A stretch of 64,000 bases of DNA. Origin: Psilocybe cubensis (Eukaryota). Shown here piece by piece: positions 60,473 to 64,000 of the stretch (the first letter of the stretch is position 1; every line of letters starts with the position of its first letter). The position numbers and the translations under genes are program-made. The stretch lies in assembly GCA_017499595.2 (NCBI GenBank), contig CM038998.1, forward strand, positions 2,914,001 to 2,978,000. Reading direction: 5' to 3'. A model generated the notes under the pieces. It was not told the DNA's origin. It saw only the letters and a program-made list of their open reading frames with translations, and ran no database searches.

Positions 60473-63400
60473 TTAGGCACGTTTGTCGATGTTGGCTACA
60501 CGCACTCGCACTGGAATAGGAGTTGTGGAGGAAGACGGCGCAGGGAGGGGTTCTGAAATCTCTTTAGTGGTGGATGTACTGGAGACTCGCTCTCTTCTGC
60601 TTTTCGGAGGCGCGGATAAGCGATCTTCGATATTTTCGGCAGACGAACCGTCAGGAAGAATGGTAGCCTCGATGTCAAGATTTTCAATACTAACGTAACT
60701 TTCACGAGGACTGGTAGAACGGGAGTAAGCGCTTTGGAAATCGGTATCCGAGTCATCTGTGAGTCCAATAGGCTGCGGGACAGGTGCCGCACTGACATTA
60801 GCCTTTTGCGCAATATCTTCATTTTCACCAGAAGGAACAAGTTCCGGGGTCTTTTCGCCAGATTCATCGAGGGTATCGTCAAAGAAGGTTTCGCGAGTAG
60901 GTGTCTTGCTCTCTGATTCAACCGGACTGCTCAAGGCGGGTTTGAGCTGCGGCAACGCAGCCTTCTTAAGTTCCTCTGGTTTGATAGTAGGGGTGCTTGT
61001 TTGTGTGGATGATGTTGTTCCGCTTCTTGTTCTGGGTTTGGACGAAGCTTTATTAGAACCATTTGTACGCCGGGTTCGAGAGTGGCGCGATCGAGTAGAT
61101 CCAACCTCAGAGTCTTCGCCACTTTCCTGAGTAGAAGAGTGAGATTTCCATCTGGTCGGTCGGCGGTCCGTTGAAAGCGCGGATTCAAGCTGAAACAAGG
61201 TCTCTTAGAAAAGGAACGCACATATGACAAAGAAGAAACCCACCTTTTGCTGAATCTCCAAAACCTTTTGTGCAATATTCTCACTCTTTTGGCTGATGCC
61301 TTCGTCGACGGCATTCATGCCATCTTGAGGTACTTCAACGTCAGAGGCAGAAAACCGTTTCTTCTTGCTCACAGAGAGCTCTTCTTCATCGTCCTCAAGA
61401 ATGGTCTCTGTCCCTCTCGGCTTGTCAGCAATGGTTTCTTCCTCTTCTACGGCTTCGATTCCGTAGGATTCGGCCAATGTTGATTCAGTGCCAAATGAGC
61501 GGAGATGCCTCGACTTAGCAGCATCGCTGGCGCGTCTTGAACGAGTACCAGAGATGTTTGAGAGGCGACTGTTAGGCCTTGAACTACCATAGTCCGAATC
61601 ATCCATCTCGACAGCCATTGAAGCCAAGGCTCGTTCGATTTGAGCCTCAACCTCAGCAACCATCTCAGCACGTTCCTGTTCCATCCGGTCCATGGTTTCC
61701 TTCATGCGTTCAAGTTCTAATATGGCCTCTTTATGAGCATTCTCAGTATCTCGCAATTCTGCAATTGATGTTAACGAAATCCATGTACATTTGATTGAAT
61801 TTTTTGGCTTACGATTCTGGAGCTTGGTCTTTTCCACAGCGGTCAACGTGACGAGACCAGAAAGGCGCTTGGTTTCTCTCTGCTCTTTGTTGATCTTTGT
61901 CCTCAATTGGTTCGCCTCTGCGCTCAACTTCTCAGCATACTGTTCGAAAGTAACGAATTTATCTCGCCACAAGTCAGACTCCGTCATGAGGAAATTAAGT
62001 CTGCGGGAGAGTCTCCCAATCTTCGTCTCAAGATCGTCACGAGCATCGACGAATGCGGTGGCACGTTTGCGAATCGAATGCTGGATGAGCTGTTCGGCAG
62101 CGGTCAACTGGGGTGGGCGCCTAGGGTTACCGAACATGCTGATTCTTTTGAGGAAGGAAGGCTTTTTGAACTAGAGCGGTAGGGTTGGTAACCTACTAAG
62201 ATGTTTAAAGAATAATCGCACACCTTGTCTGCAAGGACACTGTCAAAGGCTTGAATAATGCGGGTCGAATGCCACCATTCGGGAGGTTTAATTTGGTCCG
62301 CGACGGCAGCAGAGGACGCTCCACGCTTGGCTTGGATCTTACACACAGGCCTAAATCGTCCAGCTGGGAAAGCCTCTTTGAATTCACTGAGAACATAACA
62401 ATTCAGTAAGAAGTAAAGGCTTGAACAATATGCCAATACCTAGGTACAGAATGATCAGGGTGATAGTGAGTGTCAAAAGCAGCAAGGAGTTTTTGTCTAT
62501 ATTTCTCCCGTTGCTGTTTGGTAGACACCATGTTTGGTGGGGGCGAAGGGCAACTCCTATAAGTAAAGGAGAATTAGTTGTGAACATTTTAGTCATGCTC
62601 TTTCAACCTACAAGTAGTTGATATCCCTATTACAGATCATCAGAAAATACTGCAAAATTTACAATACGCAAATTACACTTACAGGTCGCATATGCACACC
62701 TCTGGAGCTGCTCTGACGCTATATCTTGCCTCCGTGGCGAGACCCATAATCCACGGGCCAGGGTCATCAATATAGATCTTTGCATCGCGAGAGTGGACGG
62801 CAGGCAGAGCAATACCATTCCATCCACGCAGTTCCACGAGATATTTAATGGTACACACAGCAATCTGCCAAAAAATCAGAGCCATAAAACGTAAATGGTA
62901 GTGAGTAACATACACCGAGCATAGCTGGATATCTGGAGAAGAAGATAACTCTTCCAGTGGGTGCCAGGGCGATCTAATAAACCCATTCAGATTGAACAGA
63001 AAATAAAATGATAAAATTGCGCTGCCGTAACTTACCTCACATACTGTTAGGATATTATCGATACTCAAACACTTGAAGAGAGGCCACATCGTGAAATTGA
63101 TGTCAACCAATCCTCGGCCGAAATCAAGTCCTCCAGGGAACCGAGCAACAACTTCCAAGTTGGAGTCGCTGCCATCATTCTTGGGACTGGCATCGAGCTT
63201 AATCAAATCTCCTGCGCGAGGTGCTGGGTGGGCAAGAATTTTGGATATTTGAAGGGTGTGAGATTGAACATCCTTTGAGAAGCGGGCCCATGATAGTGTC
63301 AGATAATCTCTCATTAAATCGTAGACAGGGTGGCGAGATACGAGAGCTAAAAATGGTAAACGGTAAACCTACAGGTGTAACCAAGGATAGGCGCGTTACT

Positions 63401-64000
63401 TACTGAGCGCATATGGAAGCCAGAAGACAGTGTCGCCTGGTAGGAATAAAGTGCTCTCACCAGGGCCGTGACCAATTGTGCTTGCGACTTCAAAGTCGCT
63501 CTCACTCATGGCACCGTCCGCCTCAGTTTCGCCGTCAGTCTCGACATCGGCCCAAGGTCCTCTGGAGTTTCTCTTGGCACTGCGTCGAGCTTGACTTGTG
63601 GGATCCTGAGTATCGCTCGCCGAACCTGATAAATCTGCCCTTAGATTTTTCAGGCGGGAGGCGACGGCAGATTGAGCAGATTCCTTTCGGGACCTCCCAG
63701 CTTCAAGGGTGCGTCGGATCGCGCTGCTGCGTTCGGCATCCGCGTGCGACCAGACGGTCAAGCAAACGCCGTAATACGCGATGGTATTGCTTGAAGATGG
63801 GTTTATATCACCAGCGTTGTTCCCAGAAACGCCTGCAGGGGCGCTGTGGGCGCCCCTTTCCAACAGGCTCGGAGGTCCGAGATAGGCGGATGATGGGCGG
63901 GCAAAGGGGTCGTCACTGTACGGATACGAAAAACTCGCAGCGGAAGAGCGATTGTCTGGATTTGCGAGAACGGAGGCGCGTAGCAGGTCGCCCGAAGGAG
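60473..64000 (-). CDS. DENN-domain protein (putative Rab GEF) with C-terminal coiled coil, 5'-truncated by the window edge
   Basis: YYGVCLTVW, VFWLPYAL, NFTMWPLFKCLSIDNILTVCE, ALAPTGRVIFFSRYPAML and YIDDPGPWIMGL fit the uDENN/cDENN pattern. A long coiled coil and a Ser-rich tail follow. Confidence 0.85.

Overview
Gene-dense eukaryotic DNA with many short (~45-70 nt) introns. The gene content suggests a mushroom-forming basidiomycete (Agaricomycetes; inference). Host genes in order: ARP1 (3' part), RPS24, a secreted protein, a priA-like gene, the PP2A scaffold subunit, a hexose-6-phosphate mutarotase, REV3, a small membrane protein, DPH7, TMEM135-like, a dysferlin-domain protein, JAC1/HscB, a dsRBD-DEAH helicase, AP-2 alpha-adaptin, a C2-RasGAP, a fatty-acid elongase, VPS13 and a DENN-domain gene (partial). 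The most interesting object is an intact Ty3/Gypsy chromovirus at 11217-17642 with identical 173-bp LTRs and a GGATC target-site duplication, inserted in the last coding exon of the mutarotase. It has a Tf1-type self-priming PBS, a GGAUUUU -1 frameshift site and a chromodomain lacking its aromatic cage. It also has an extra AUG-less coiled-coil ORF upstream of gag, inside an 816-nt stretch with no ATG on the sense strand. Between the elongase and VPS13 lie a hairpin-rich Helitron-like element (47428-48362) and a possible microexon-rich orphan gene (45237-47074). Boundaries of intron-containing genes were assembled by eye.
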